A DNA stretch of 64,000 nt from an uncultured Chthonomonadaceae bacterium (GTDB lineage Bacteria > Armatimonadota > Chthonomonadetes > Chthonomonadales > Chthonomonadaceae), in the NCBI GenBank assembly GCA_963817895.1, contig CAWFQB010000001.1:160001-224000 (forward strand), given 5' to 3'. How positions within the stretch are numbered: the first letter of the stretch is position 1; every line of letters begins with the position of its first letter. The position numbers were made by a program, and so were the translations under genes. The notes below the pieces were generated by a model. That model searched no databases. It had not been told where the DNA came from and saw nothing but the letters and a program-made list of their open reading frames with translations. This document shows, one piece after another, positions 44,201 to 53,438 of this stretch.

Positions 44201-44809
44201 TACGAACGCTTGACGGAGCGGTTCGACTTTTTGACCGAACAACGCGCCGATCTGGACAAGGGGCGAGAAGGACTGCTCGCCACTATCGCCGAGATTGACG
44301 ACAGCACGCGAGGCGTGTTCATGGAAACGTTCGAGGCTGTGCGGACGGAGTTCGACCGCCTGTTCACGCGCCTGTTCGACGGCGGCAGCACCCAACTGAT
44401 CCTGACCAATCCCGACGACATTCTGGAAACGGGCATCGAAGTGATCGCGCAGCCACCCGGCAAGAAACCGCAGCATTTATCCCTGTTATCGGGCGGCGAA
44501 CGGGCCTTGACCGCAACCGCGCTGCTGTTCTCGTTTTTGGCCGTAAAGCCCAGTCCGTTCGTGCTATTGGATGAGGTAGACGCGCCGCTCGACGGCCCGA
44601 ACGTGGAAAAATACACGCAACTCGTGAAAGAGTTCGCGCAGCGCAGCCAATTCCTGCTGATTACGCACAACCCGACGACGATGGAAGCCGCCCCGACATG
44701 GTACGGCGTCACGATGCGCGAACCCGGCGTCAGCAGCGTCCTCAGTTATCGCGTGCCGCAGGAGTCGGAACCCACCACTGCCGCCACCGCCGTCGTCCTG
44801 AGCCGGTGA
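41213..44809 (+). CDS. smc: Chromosome partition protein Smc
   Basis: GFKTFAD, GPNGSGKSN, coiled coils, hinge GRATFL, LSGGE, LLDEVDAPLD, ITH. Confidence 0.97.
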   Translation: MQLKKLQLLGFKTFADKTEIDIDQGLTAIVGPNGSGKSNIVDALLWVLGEQNPRLLRGNNAQDVIFAGTDKRKPLGLAEVKLTVDNSDRALPIDFAEVVITRRVYRSGESQYLLNNAPCRLKDIVELFMDTGVGKGAYSFVSQSEIDAVLSARAEDRRELFEEAAGIKKYRVKKREALRKLESAEVNLNRVRDILHELEAQREPMEKQALSAKRFLGLQERLHEIEVGLLVAEVKKADYELYAARTERGDDQAALLKYDAELARLERLASEVGERLAQTEGEMDAVRLGQQNALQTVERTESQLALMTERGQSAQRNAEQLARELTEIVERIARLTDSIEIDQADRVEAEGQETEKRHEWAAQKASLVELESAVTQAMRDMETRQSERMRLAQERAGREAQLKASGDRLADAQTRAERLQTEANALNAAIDEAQSREREALAARDERTAQREAKAVTRREVEARQQQIQSEQATTRQALENSRRTMAEQSARLSTLTELQENHEGFYQGVRAVLNGHKKGQLRGHYKAVVDLLTVPEPYRVAIEVALGGSLQDVVTLTESEAKAGIQWLKDNRAGRATFLAIPLLRPGAKMQLPAIANRQSSIENAMNLVDFAPEYETVAQYLLGRVLVVDTMDEAIAASRRLTGWSKIVTLEGELLSPGGALTGGSLQGKGAHLVGRKGEMDDLRARLPHVRADVERLALQTESHVRGLQQLEAERGELLKEESRLQAEIASQESARNAAEREGRRLLQDKTGRDNTQANLNAQITSLQADVQRLTQQLEAGRAENVTSDDALAALNDETRALITRRDECRSRTVALEVEVSRLREKREGLTRAVASDRATLVGLQNQQNQKRMQQDTTQAQGVDAVAERARLVEQLAHAREHLKVVEADWAQWRDRRQKLLNESFETNSAIKQIAQRRTDVTTNLHDTELRLARLEVQMAQATERLQEEYSISREDALARPDDTAIDKNTAMEVSRLRRELRAMGQVNTGAIGEYERLTERFDFLTEQRADLDKGREGLLATIAEIDDSTRGVFMETFEAVRTEFDRLFTRLFDGGSTQLILTNPDDILETGIEVIAQPPGKKPQHLSLLSGGERALTATALLFSFLAVKPSPFVLLDEVDAPLDGPNVEKYTQLVKEFAQRSQFLLITHNPTTMEAAPTWYGVTMREPGVSSVLSYRVPQESEPTTAATAVVLSR

Positions 44810-44899
44810 AAAGTCGCTACTTGCCTCATTTAACGCAGCCACGCAGTCACCTGTATAGATGCGCCGGGTTTCAACCCGGTGTGTCTGCGTACCGAAAAA

Positions 44900-45250
44900 C
44901 TATTTTTTTGTGTTCAATTTGCTCACGTCTACTTTGTCCACGCCGCGTATGCCCTCCACCGTCTCCTTCACGATACGCTTCTCGTTGGCGTCGTTGACAT
45001 GCCCGCTGATGGTGACAACGCCATCTTTGGCCTCCACATGCAGGCCGTCAAAGTGAACGCCTTTACGCTGTAACAGAGTCGTATTGACGCGCCCTGCAAG
45101 CTGCGTGTTGCCGGACGCTTCTCCGACATCTTTGGCGATTTTCCCCGCATCCTTCGCAAGGTTGCCCGCGTCCTGACTGTTGCACCCCGCCAATCCCAAC
45201 AGAAGCGTCACTCCCATCAGAAGAATATTTGTATATCTTGCGCGTCTCAT
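44900..45250 (-). CDS. BON-domain lipoprotein
   Basis: Lipobox LAGC; HVEAKDGVVTISGHV...IRGVDKV. Confidence 0.9.
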   Translation of the reverse strand: MRRARYTNILLMGVTLLLGLAGCNSQDAGNLAKDAGKIAKDVGEASGNTQLAGRVNTTLLQRKGVHFDGLHVEAKDGVVTISGHVNDANEKRIVKETVEGIRGVDKVDVSKLNTKK

Positions 45251-45483
45251 GTGTAACTCTCCCTTTCTGACCTACCGAACACCCAACACCCAACACCCAA
45301 CACCGACTTCGCCTGTCAGACGCGAAGCCCGGCCTGACGGTTTCGGCATCTTTCCCGGCGCGGTATTCCTGTCCGGCGAGAAAGTGGCTGTCCGTTGCGG
45401 AACTGCTCCTGTCTTCCTGCGTAGGAGGATAGAAGCAGTACGACTTTTTCAGCGGTTGTGACGGGTTGGAGGAGAATACCGAA

Positions 45484-46251
45484 ATGCGATTACAAAACAA
45501 AGTGGCGTTGATTACCGGGGCGAACAGCGGCATCGGCAAGGGAATTGCCATCCGGTTCGCGCAGGAGGGGGCGCATGTCGCCGTCAACTATCTGCCCGGC
45601 GGCACGCGGGACGCGGACGCGCAGGCGGAAGTGGCCGCGTTCGCAACCGAAGGGCTGGCCGTTGGCGGCGACGTAACGAAGCGCGACGACGTGCAAAGCA
45701 TGGTTGACGCGACTGTGGCGAAATTCGGGCGGCTGGACATTCTCATCAACAACGCCGGTATCGAGATCAATAAGCCGTTTTTAGACGTGACGGACGACGA
45801 ATGGAACCGAGTGCTGAACGTGAACCTGTTCGGCACGTATCTTTGCACTCAGATTGCGGCCAAACAGATGGTGAAGCAGGGACCCGGCGGCAAAATCGTG
45901 AATATCTCGTCCACGCACGAAGACATTCCGTTTCAGGGCTACACCTCCTACTGCGCGTCCAAAGGCGCGGTCAAGATGCTGATGCGCAACCTGTGTCTGG
46001 AGTTCGCGCCCTACAAAATCAATGTCAACAACATCGCCCCTGGCGCGATTGCCACGCCCATCAACCAGAAAGTGCTGGACGATCCCGAAGCCAACAAAAA
46101 CGCCCTGAGCGAAGTTCCCTGGGGCCGATGGGGAACGCCCGAAGACGTGGCGGGCGTAGCCCTGTTTCTGTCCAGCGATGAGGCCGATTATGTGACCGGC
46201 AGCACATACTACATTGACGGCGGACTGGTGCAGCAGGTGACGAAATATTAA
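45484..46251 (+). CDS. SDR oxidoreductase (glucose 1-dehydrogenase-like)
   Basis: TGANSGIG, NNAG, SSTHE, YCASK, PGAIATPIN. Confidence 0.93.
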   Translation: MRLQNKVALITGANSGIGKGIAIRFAQEGAHVAVNYLPGGTRDADAQAEVAAFATEGLAVGGDVTKRDDVQSMVDATVAKFGRLDILINNAGIEINKPFLDVTDDEWNRVLNVNLFGTYLCTQIAAKQMVKQGPGGKIVNISSTHEDIPFQGYTSYCASKGAVKMLMRNLCLEFAPYKINVNNIAPGAIATPINQKVLDDPEANKNALSEVPWGRWGTPEDVAGVALFLSSDEADYVTGSTYYIDGGLVQQVTKY

Positions 46252-46269
46252 GCAAAGTAACTGTGGAGG

Positions 46270-46311
46270 CCCTCACCCCAACCCCTCTCCCAGAAAAGCC
46301 TGGGAGAGGGG
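46270..46311 (+). repeat. CCCTCACCCC-type palindromic repeat (second copy at 56993-57038)
   Basis: CCCTCACCCCAACCCCTCTCCCAGAAAAGCCTGGGAGAGGGG. Confidence 0.75.
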
Positions 46312-46362
46312 CTAATGCAGAGTTGTGAGAACAGATTGGAAGTCGTTACAGGAAGAAACATC

Positions 46363-47688
46363 ATGGATCGAAGAGGATTTTTGACGGCGGCGGCAGGATT
46401 GACGCTGACGAGCGCGGGGGCGTTTGGCGAGGAGTTTGCTGACCAGAAGCCCCGCGTGGGCTTGATCGGCGCAGGCTGGTACGGCAAGTGCGATCTGTTC
46501 CGGCTGATACAGGTGGCTCCCGTCGAAGTCGTCTCTATATGCGACGTGGATAAACATATACTGGCGGATGCGGCGGAACAGATCGCGTCCCGACAGGCAT
46601 CCCGGCAGAAGCCGCGCATGTATGCCGATTACCGCGAGATGCTCAAGCCAAAGGATTTAGACATTGTTCTGATCGCCACGCCCGACCACTGGCATGCCCT
46701 GCCGATGATCGCGGCTGTCGAGGCGGGCGCGGACGTGTACTGCCAGAAGCCTATCAGCGTGGATGTGCGCGAAGGTCAGGCGATGCTTGCGGCTGCCCGC
46801 AAGCACAACCGCGTGGTACAAATCGGAACGCAGCGGCGCAGCACTCCCCATATCGCCGAAGCCCGCGAACTGGTACGCGAAGGTAAACTGGGCAAAGTGG
46901 GAATGGTGGAAACCTACTGCTACTACCACATGCGCAACAATTCCAACCCGCCCGCTTCTGCGCCCCCGGAATGGCTGGATTGGGAAATGTGGACGGGTCC
47001 AGCCCCTCTTCGCCCCTACAATCCCATTGCGCACCCGCGCGGATGGCGGGCATTTATGGAATACGGCAACGGCATTGTGGGCAATATGTGCGTTCACATG
47101 CTGGACATGTCGCGCTGGATACTTGGTCTGGGCTGGCCGAAAACCGTCTCTTCGACCGGCGGTATTCTGATGGACAAGGGCGCGAAAGCCAATATTTCGG
47201 ATACGCAGTCCGCCATTTTCGACTACGGCGACACGCAGATGCTGTGGCAGCACCGGACATGGGGCGCGCCTAACGATACGCAGTATCCCTGGGGCGCGAC
47301 GTATTACGGCGATAAGGGGACGCTGAAAGTCAGCATCATGGGCTACGACTTTATTCCCAACAAAGGGCCTGCTGTCCGTAAAGACGTGACGTATGAGTTG
47401 GAACAGTACCCGGAAGACAAAACGGAACAGGATTTGGAAAAGCCCGTCGCGCCCGCCATCCGCTACCACATGAAAGACATGCTGCGCGCCATCGCCAACC
47501 GGAGTCGCCCGGTCGCCGACATTGAAGAGGGGCATATCTCGACAGCAACCTGTATTCTGGCGAACCTCTCCATGCAGTTAGGCCGCTCCCTGACGTGGGA
47601 TGCCGCCAAACAAATGGTACTCCACGACGACGAAGCCAACCGCCTGCTGAAACGCCCGTACCGCCGTCCGTGGACGCACCCGGCGTAG
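46363..47688 (+). CDS. Tat-exported Gfo/Idh/MocA oxidoreductase
   Basis: MDRRGFL Tat motif; GLIGAGWYG, IATPDHWH, YCQKP, QIGTQRRS. Confidence 0.93.
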   Translation: MDRRGFLTAAAGLTLTSAGAFGEEFADQKPRVGLIGAGWYGKCDLFRLIQVAPVEVVSICDVDKHILADAAEQIASRQASRQKPRMYADYREMLKPKDLDIVLIATPDHWHALPMIAAVEAGADVYCQKPISVDVREGQAMLAAARKHNRVVQIGTQRRSTPHIAEARELVREGKLGKVGMVETYCYYHMRNNSNPPASAPPEWLDWEMWTGPAPLRPYNPIAHPRGWRAFMEYGNGIVGNMCVHMLDMSRWILGLGWPKTVSSTGGILMDKGAKANISDTQSAIFDYGDTQMLWQHRTWGAPNDTQYPWGATYYGDKGTLKVSIMGYDFIPNKGPAVRKDVTYELEQYPEDKTEQDLEKPVAPAIRYHMKDMLRAIANRSRPVADIEEGHISTATCILANLSMQLGRSLTWDAAKQMVLHDDEANRLLKRPYRRPWTHPA

Positions 47689-47812
47689 GTTGTTAGGTTG
47701 TTAGGTTGTTAGTTCATCAGGTACTTAGCTGACGTTCTTTTTGTGCGCAAATAAACGCGCTGCTCTTGTATTGGCCTAACAACCTAACAACCTGATTTTG
47801 AGGAGTTACACA

Positions 47813-48496
47813 ATGCTCAACGGCCCGATGCCTTTGGAACTGCTGGAATATGTACACGGCTTGTTTGCGCCCGAAGACGCGGATTTTGCCACGCTGACGG
47901 TGGCGGCGGCGGAGTTCGGGATGCCGACGGGCTGGGAGATTTCCAGTGACGTGGGGCGGTTGTTTCAGGTGCTGTGCCGCGCGATTGGGGCAAAACGCGT
48001 GGTGGAGTTTGGAACGCTGGCGGGGCATAGCGCCCTGTGGCTTGCCCGCGCCCTTCCTGACGACGGCAAGGTTATCAGCATCGAAGCCAATGCCGCGTAT
48101 GCCGACTTCGCGCGCAAACAACTGGCGCAGCGAACGGGCGGCGAAAAAGTGGAAGTGCGTGAGGGCGGGGCGCGGGAATGGCTGGAACGATTGGAAGCCG
48201 AAGCAAAAGCAGGCGATCAAAAATTCGATGTGGTGTTTCTGGACGCCGATAAAGGGCACTACCCCGAATTTCTGGATTGGGCGGTTCGGGTTCTGCGTCC
48301 GGGCGGATTATTGCTGGCAGACAACGTGTTGCGGGCAGATTCGTGGAACGGCCAAACCCTGCTTGACCCGGCTGCCGACGACCCGCGCATCCTCGCCATA
48401 CGCATCTTCAACGAACGCCTTGCCGCGCACCCGCAATTCACCAGCATGATTATTCCCCTACGCGCCGGTATCGCCGTGGGAACCTTTCAGCCTTAA
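47813..48496 (+). CDS. O-methyltransferase (caffeoyl-CoA/methyltransferase_3 family)
   Basis: VVEFGTLAGHSA, FDVVFLDADK, LRPGGLLLADNV. Confidence 0.92.
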   Translation: MLNGPMPLELLEYVHGLFAPEDADFATLTVAAAEFGMPTGWEISSDVGRLFQVLCRAIGAKRVVEFGTLAGHSALWLARALPDDGKVISIEANAAYADFARKQLAQRTGGEKVEVREGGAREWLERLEAEAKAGDQKFDVVFLDADKGHYPEFLDWAVRVLRPGGLLLADNVLRADSWNGQTLLDPAADDPRILAIRIFNERLAAHPQFTSMIIPLRAGIAVGTFQP

Positions 48497-48654
48497 CAAG
48501 CATACGTATGAACCGCGAAAAAGACGAAATGACGCGAAATATCAGACGCGGATACAAATGAAGCGTGTGTGAAGGCCGGATAAGCGGACTAAACGAGATC
48601 GTTTGTGTGCCGCAGACAGCTATTGCCTGCGGCGCAAAGGGGTGTGGAATGGGG

Positions 48655-49366
48655 TTATTTTCGGCGACGGCGCAGGACGAATCCGGCTCCGCAAACGGAT
48701 AGCCCACTCAACAGAGTAAGAGCGCCGGGTTCCGGCACAGCCGCTGTGTGTCCGTATTGGAGATGGTCAACCTCAATACCGCTGGATGTGTTGCTGATCC
48801 TGATGGCGGATACGCCTGCCGCGTTGACAACGCCGTAGAACCGGTCTTCCGCTGTTTCCCCGTTGGAAGAGTTGTCAGCATGGTTGCCGTTTACTGTTCC
48901 AGGCGAAACCCCGTTCTGGTCAAACGCCTCGAAAGTAATTGTTCCATCGCCGTCTGTCCACACAATGCCCGCATGTGTGGGCAAAGCGCCGAGAGTACCC
49001 GCATTGAAACTGAACGTGATGCCGGCGTTCCCATTGCCGCTGAAAAATCGTCGCCACGCAGCCCGGATCCATCTATCACGCCATCGTCAGCATCCACCGA
49101 ATCATGCAGAGTTGGCCCAAAAACAACGCTGACGACTCCGCCCGCGCTTGCAGTCACGCCCGGAACATTGAACAGGTGATCCTCGAAATCTTCCAGATAG
49201 AAGTAGGAAAAGTTCCCCCGTTGAAGGGGCTGTTGGCGAAACTCAGGTAAGGTGTGTTGGCGTCAGGGTAAGGACCGATGAGTTGCGCGGTGGCAGGCCG
49301 TGAACAAAGCCCTGCGGCGGCAAGCAGGCCGATACTGAGAAGGGTAATGCGAGTACGGCGGAACAT
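48655..49366 (-). CDS. PEP-CTERM protein (two frameshifts)
   Basis: AAGGAG RBS; signal peptide; segments in ORFs 49154-49366, 48891-49157 and 48655-48984; VPEPGALTLL...LRRRRK. Confidence 0.85.
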
Positions 49367-49570
49367 GAGCGATTCTCCTTTTTATACAGCGCGTAACAAC
49401 GAGAGAAAGACCACATCCAACACATACAAGCTCGGAACAAGTCGTAACCGGAGATTACGCGATACATGTGTGACGTTGAATGAAACAGCAAAAATCGTGA
49501 GCCACAAAGCGGCTTGCATCCTTTTGCCTCTATGGTAACTGGCAGGAGAGGTTGTTTTCTCTATGGGCAA

Positions 49571-50473
49571 TCAGGTAAGGGGCGTATCTTCATTGGAAGC
49601 AATGCGCAGCAATTCGGCGGGAGATGTGGACGAGGAAGCAGTGGCAGGACGGAGCAGGGTATCGGGCGTGTTGGTTTTATGTATGGACGCGCGGAGCAGG
49701 GTTTGCGTGGATGCCACTTCGCCGATGTTGGCGCGGAGCAGGGGCAGACATTCCGCCGCCGCCTCCTGTATCCTGCGCTGATTGTCATTGCGCGGGCGGT
49801 GATTGGCGATCCGTTCCACAACCGGAATGGCCTTCGCATCCCCGACCTGCTCGTATGCTTTCAAAATTGCCAGCGTAAAATCATTATCTACGCCCCGCAA
49901 GTGCGGTTGAAAACAGGAGCCGAGCATGATGTTCAATGTGTAACGGTGACGCGACGTGAGCAGGTTCGCGTCGGAGGCTTTCAGCCGGGGAAGCAGCGCG
50001 GCCAGCGCGCGAGTCACCCGCTTACGATATTTCTGAGAAGCGTTCAGTGTAATGGCGTCTATGAGCGTGGGGATAGCATTGACATTCCCTGATTCTGCCA
50101 TTGTTTCGAGATCAATATCTACTGTCCTCCACATCATCCATAGTATCGGAGTCACAGCCACAGCCAGAAGCAGAAGGAAGGCTGTAAAGCGCATGGCAAC
50201 CGCCTTGTCATCGGGGGCAGCGCCTATGGCTCTAATCAGGGGAAGGGACAGAACAATCAGCGATTCACAAGCAACGAACGCGGTGAAATTCCGTTGGCGA
50301 CGGCAGCGTATTTTGCCCTGCGCCTGCGCGAGAAGGGCGGCAACAGTCTGCGTTGACGCGGTCGCTTCCACGCCTTCAGTTTGCATTACGTCGGTCGGGG
50401 TTAACGCTTCAACCGGCAGGATATAAGGGGTAACTTCTACGGACGTTTCGGACGGGAGAAATTGGTTCTGCAT
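49571..50473 (-). CDS. Membrane protein with HEAT-like helical domain and triple-LLR tail
   Basis: Two TM helices; AIPTLIDA, AILKAYEQVGDAKAIPVVERIA; TLLRAS...TLLRPA...ELLRIAS. Confidence 0.75.
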   Translation of the reverse strand: MQNQFLPSETSVEVTPYILPVEALTPTDVMQTEGVEATASTQTVAALLAQAQGKIRCRRQRNFTAFVACESLIVLSLPLIRAIGAAPDDKAVAMRFTAFLLLLAVAVTPILWMMWRTVDIDLETMAESGNVNAIPTLIDAITLNASQKYRKRVTRALAALLPRLKASDANLLTSRHRYTLNIMLGSCFQPHLRGVDNDFTLAILKAYEQVGDAKAIPVVERIANHRPRNDNQRRIQEAAAECLPLLRANIGEVASTQTLLRASIHKTNTPDTLLRPATASSSTSPAELLRIASNEDTPLT

Positions 50474-50665
50474 GACACATCGGCTTTCCGCCCTGAACAG
50501 GGGGCTGGAAAGAATACGTTGCGTCGATCATGCCGGTTGCATTTGTTTTCGCTGACGCAGCCAGTCGCGCAGATTCGCGCTGAAGTTGCCGACCACGCAG
50601 GCAAGTGCCGGGGTGTAGGTGGCAACAATCTATTCGATGTGCAGTAGAGAGTGTGGCAAAACTGA

Positions 50666-52196
50666 ATGACGATTTACCATCAAAAACTTCCGGCAACGGG
50701 TGAGGCGCGTGAGGGGTTGCGGAAGAAGGGGCAGTTCTGGACTCCGGCGTGGGTTGCCGAAGCAATGGCGGCTTATGCTCTTGCGGGAAGAAGCAATCAT
50801 CTGTTCGATCCGGCGATTGGCGAGGGCGCGTTCTTTCGGGCAGGGAAACAGGAAGCATTGCGTTTAGGAAGCCGATTGCGGCTGATGGGAACTGAAGTTG
50901 ACGCCGATATTCTACGGCAATCCGGCAGCAATGAACTGACAACCGATGATCTGGCAGGCGTGGAATTACGCGATTTTGTGTTTGATCCGCCCCATGCCAC
51001 CTATGACGCCATCGTTGCCAATCCGCCCTACATTCGGCATCATCGGCTTTCTCTCGAAGCGAAACAAACCCTCAAAACGTGGAGTTCGCAACTGCTCGGC
51101 AAAGCGCTGGATGGACGAACAGGTCTGCATGTGTATTTTCTGCTGCGGGCGTTGACGCTATTACGCGAGGGCGGACGGCTGGCGTTTATTCTGCCTGCTG
51201 ACGTATGCGAGGGAAAGTCTGCGGGATTGCTCTGGCAGTGGATTACCGCCCATTACTGCCTTGACGCCGTAGTTACGTTTGAACCGCAAGCCTCTCCGTT
51301 TCCGGGCGTGGACACCAACGCGCTTCTTTTTCTGATTCGGAAAGCGGAACCCCGCAGCGAGTTCCAATGGGTTCAGATACAGGAAGCGTGGACGGACGCC
51401 CTGCGCGATTGGATTGCGGATGGACTGCCGACACAAGCCCGGATGGGTCTTTCCGTCCACGCGCGGCTATTAACCGAAGGCTTGCAGACAGGATTTTCCC
51501 GCGTCCCGCGTGTTCATAACGAGAGCTGCCCCCGGTTAGGGGACTTCTGTACCATGATGCGCGGCATCGCGACGGGTGACAACGAGTTCTTTTTCCTGAC
51601 ACGCGCGCAGGCGCGAGAGTTGCAAATTCCCGAAGCGTTTCTCCGGCCTGCAATCGGGCGTACCCGTGATGTAACCACTGAGGTTATAACAGCCGACACT
51701 TTGCAGCAGTTGGAACAGGCGGGACGGCCTACCCTGCTGTTTGCGCCCGATGCCCGCCCGTTACACGAATTTCCGCCTTCCGTTCAGGCGTATTTGTTGG
51801 AAGGAGAAAAACGCGGGCTGCCGGAACGCGCCCTCATCAGCCAGCGCAAGCCCTGGTACAGCATGGAAAAGCGGCGTGTTCCTCCGTTCCTGTTCGCCTA
51901 TTTAGGCCGCCGCAACGTCCGCTTTATCCGCAATGAAGCCAATGCGTTGCCGCTCACCAGTTTCCTGTGTGTATCCGCGCCACGACGACCCGGAAACCAT
52001 CAACCGGGTAGGGCGTCTGCTGCAACACCCTTCCGTATTAGCAAATCTCGCCTGTGTCGGCAAATCCTACGGTTCCGGGGCCATCAAAGTGGAACCCCGC
52101 GCACTGGAGTCGCTTCCTCTTTCCATAATGGCTCTGCAAGAGGCCGAACTTGTCTCGCTACGGTTGTTCGAGCGCAGTGAACTGTCTTACCTGTGA
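50666..52196 (+). CDS. N6-adenine DNA methyltransferase (gamma class, Eco57I/TaqI-like); frameshift near 51970
   Basis: KGQFWTP, FDPAIGEGAF, IVANPPY, RGIATGDNEFF; C-terminus GKSYGSGAIKVEPRALE in ORF 51933-52196. Confidence 0.9.
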
Positions 52197-52264
52197 CGAA
52201 AATGCCGGGTATAATGGACATTGGTACGTCACCTTTGAAATAGTTTCTAAGGAGAGTTGGGAAT

Positions 52265-52549
52265 ATGAGCAGCCTCGTAGAGATAAAGGATAGCCAATCG
52301 GCGCGGTTAGAGAAGATCGCTTTTGAGAAAGGCGTTACGCCCAACGCGCTTCTGGAAGAGGCGTTAGAATTGCTGTTTCAGCAAACCGAAAGAGAGAAAA
52401 TAAGTCGGGAAGAACAGGCGTTTCTGAAACAACTGGAAGTGGAAAACGGCGGGCCATTTCCGATACAAACGAAGCCACTTTTTAACATGGAAAAGATTAC
52501 AATCACGCATACGGTTCCCATTGATCCGGCAACCTTGCGCCGACTATGA
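52265..52549 (+). CDS. Small ribbon-helix-helix-like protein (putative antitoxin/regulator)
   Basis: VEIKDSQSARLEKIAFEKGVTPNALLEEALELL; TATAAT at 52210 and AAGGAG RBS. Confidence 0.65.
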   Translation: MSSLVEIKDSQSARLEKIAFEKGVTPNALLEEALELLFQQTEREKISREEQAFLKQLEVENGGPFPIQTKPLFNMEKITITHTVPIDPATLRRL

Positions 52550-53079
52550 CTGTAAAACTGCCTCCTCGCAATAGTCTTGATGGAACTCGCGCGGAACGTC
52601 TGCTACGGCGAGACTTCTACGGCAAGTATCTGCAAGCCCGATATGTCGTGGGAGAAGATCAGGTTTTGCCGGATGCAGCTGCCGTTTTCACGCAGGAAGG
52701 AATTCAGCGCTTACTTCAGCATCTTACCGGGGAAGCGTTGCAAGCGCCTGTCGTCCTTACCGAACGGCTGAGTAACCGCGTACTGGCGGCGCATATCGTT
52801 CAGAACTTTGTGGAACGTTTTGTCGTCGTCAACATGCGTTTCAAGGTAGACCTGGATGTTCTCGCCCATGCCTTGATAGAAGAATACGTCCATTCGCAAC
52901 AAGTCCTTGACAACGTAGACTTTGACCTTCAGAAACAACAGTTTGCCTATCAAGACCGCCCCTACGAAGTGGAAGCAAAGCGCATTGCGTCGGAAATTCT
53001 CGGCTATAATCCAGACATCTACGATACCTATCAAATGCGAGAAGAACCTGCTCAAATACTCTACGACACTCTGCAATAG
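52546..53079 (+). CDS. Zincin-like metallopeptidase with EExxH motif
   Basis: ATGA coupling; LAHALIEEYVHSQQ...YQDRPYEVEA. Confidence 0.6.
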   Translation: MTVKLPPRNSLDGTRAERLLRRDFYGKYLQARYVVGEDQVLPDAAAVFTQEGIQRLLQHLTGEALQAPVVLTERLSNRVLAAHIVQNFVERFVVVNMRFKVDLDVLAHALIEEYVHSQQVLDNVDFDLQKQQFAYQDRPYEVEAKRIASEILGYNPDIYDTYQMREEPAQILYDTLQ

Positions 53080-53438
53080 AAAATCTCGCCTGCGTCGGCA
53101 AATTCTATGGTTCCGGGGCTATCAAAGTAGAACCCCACGCTCTGGAATCGCTTTCTGTTTCCGTAGAGGCGCTGCAATAGTCTGGCCTTGTCTCGCAACG
53201 TCAGTTTTCTGCGCCATTTCCTGCATCTGTTCCATCGCTTGCGCTCTGCCTATCTCGAAGCCTATCAGCAACTTGTTCTTCAACAGCCCGATAGCGCGGT
53301 TGGTTCGCCTTTGAAAGAGGCGTGACTTGCGTTGCGGCAGGCCGCCGCAGTTGGTTTAATGCCAACAGATGAAGCCCCGGCTACAGCATGAAGCGCAGGA
53401 TGCTTAACAGCCGATGCCGGGGCTGCTTTGCGGACGTT

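Larger units (their letters stand above)
52043..53200 (+). repeat. 120-bp diverged direct repeat (52043-52162 and 53081-53200) flanking a two-gene cassette
   Basis: Ungapped manual alignment, about 100/120 identical; both copies encode NLACVGKxYGSGAIKVEPxALESL. Confidence 0.9.

Noticed and set aside
50462..50665. Restriction endonuclease partner upstream of the methyltransferase
   Set aside because: Only short ORFs without recognisable nuclease motifs; cannot be supported
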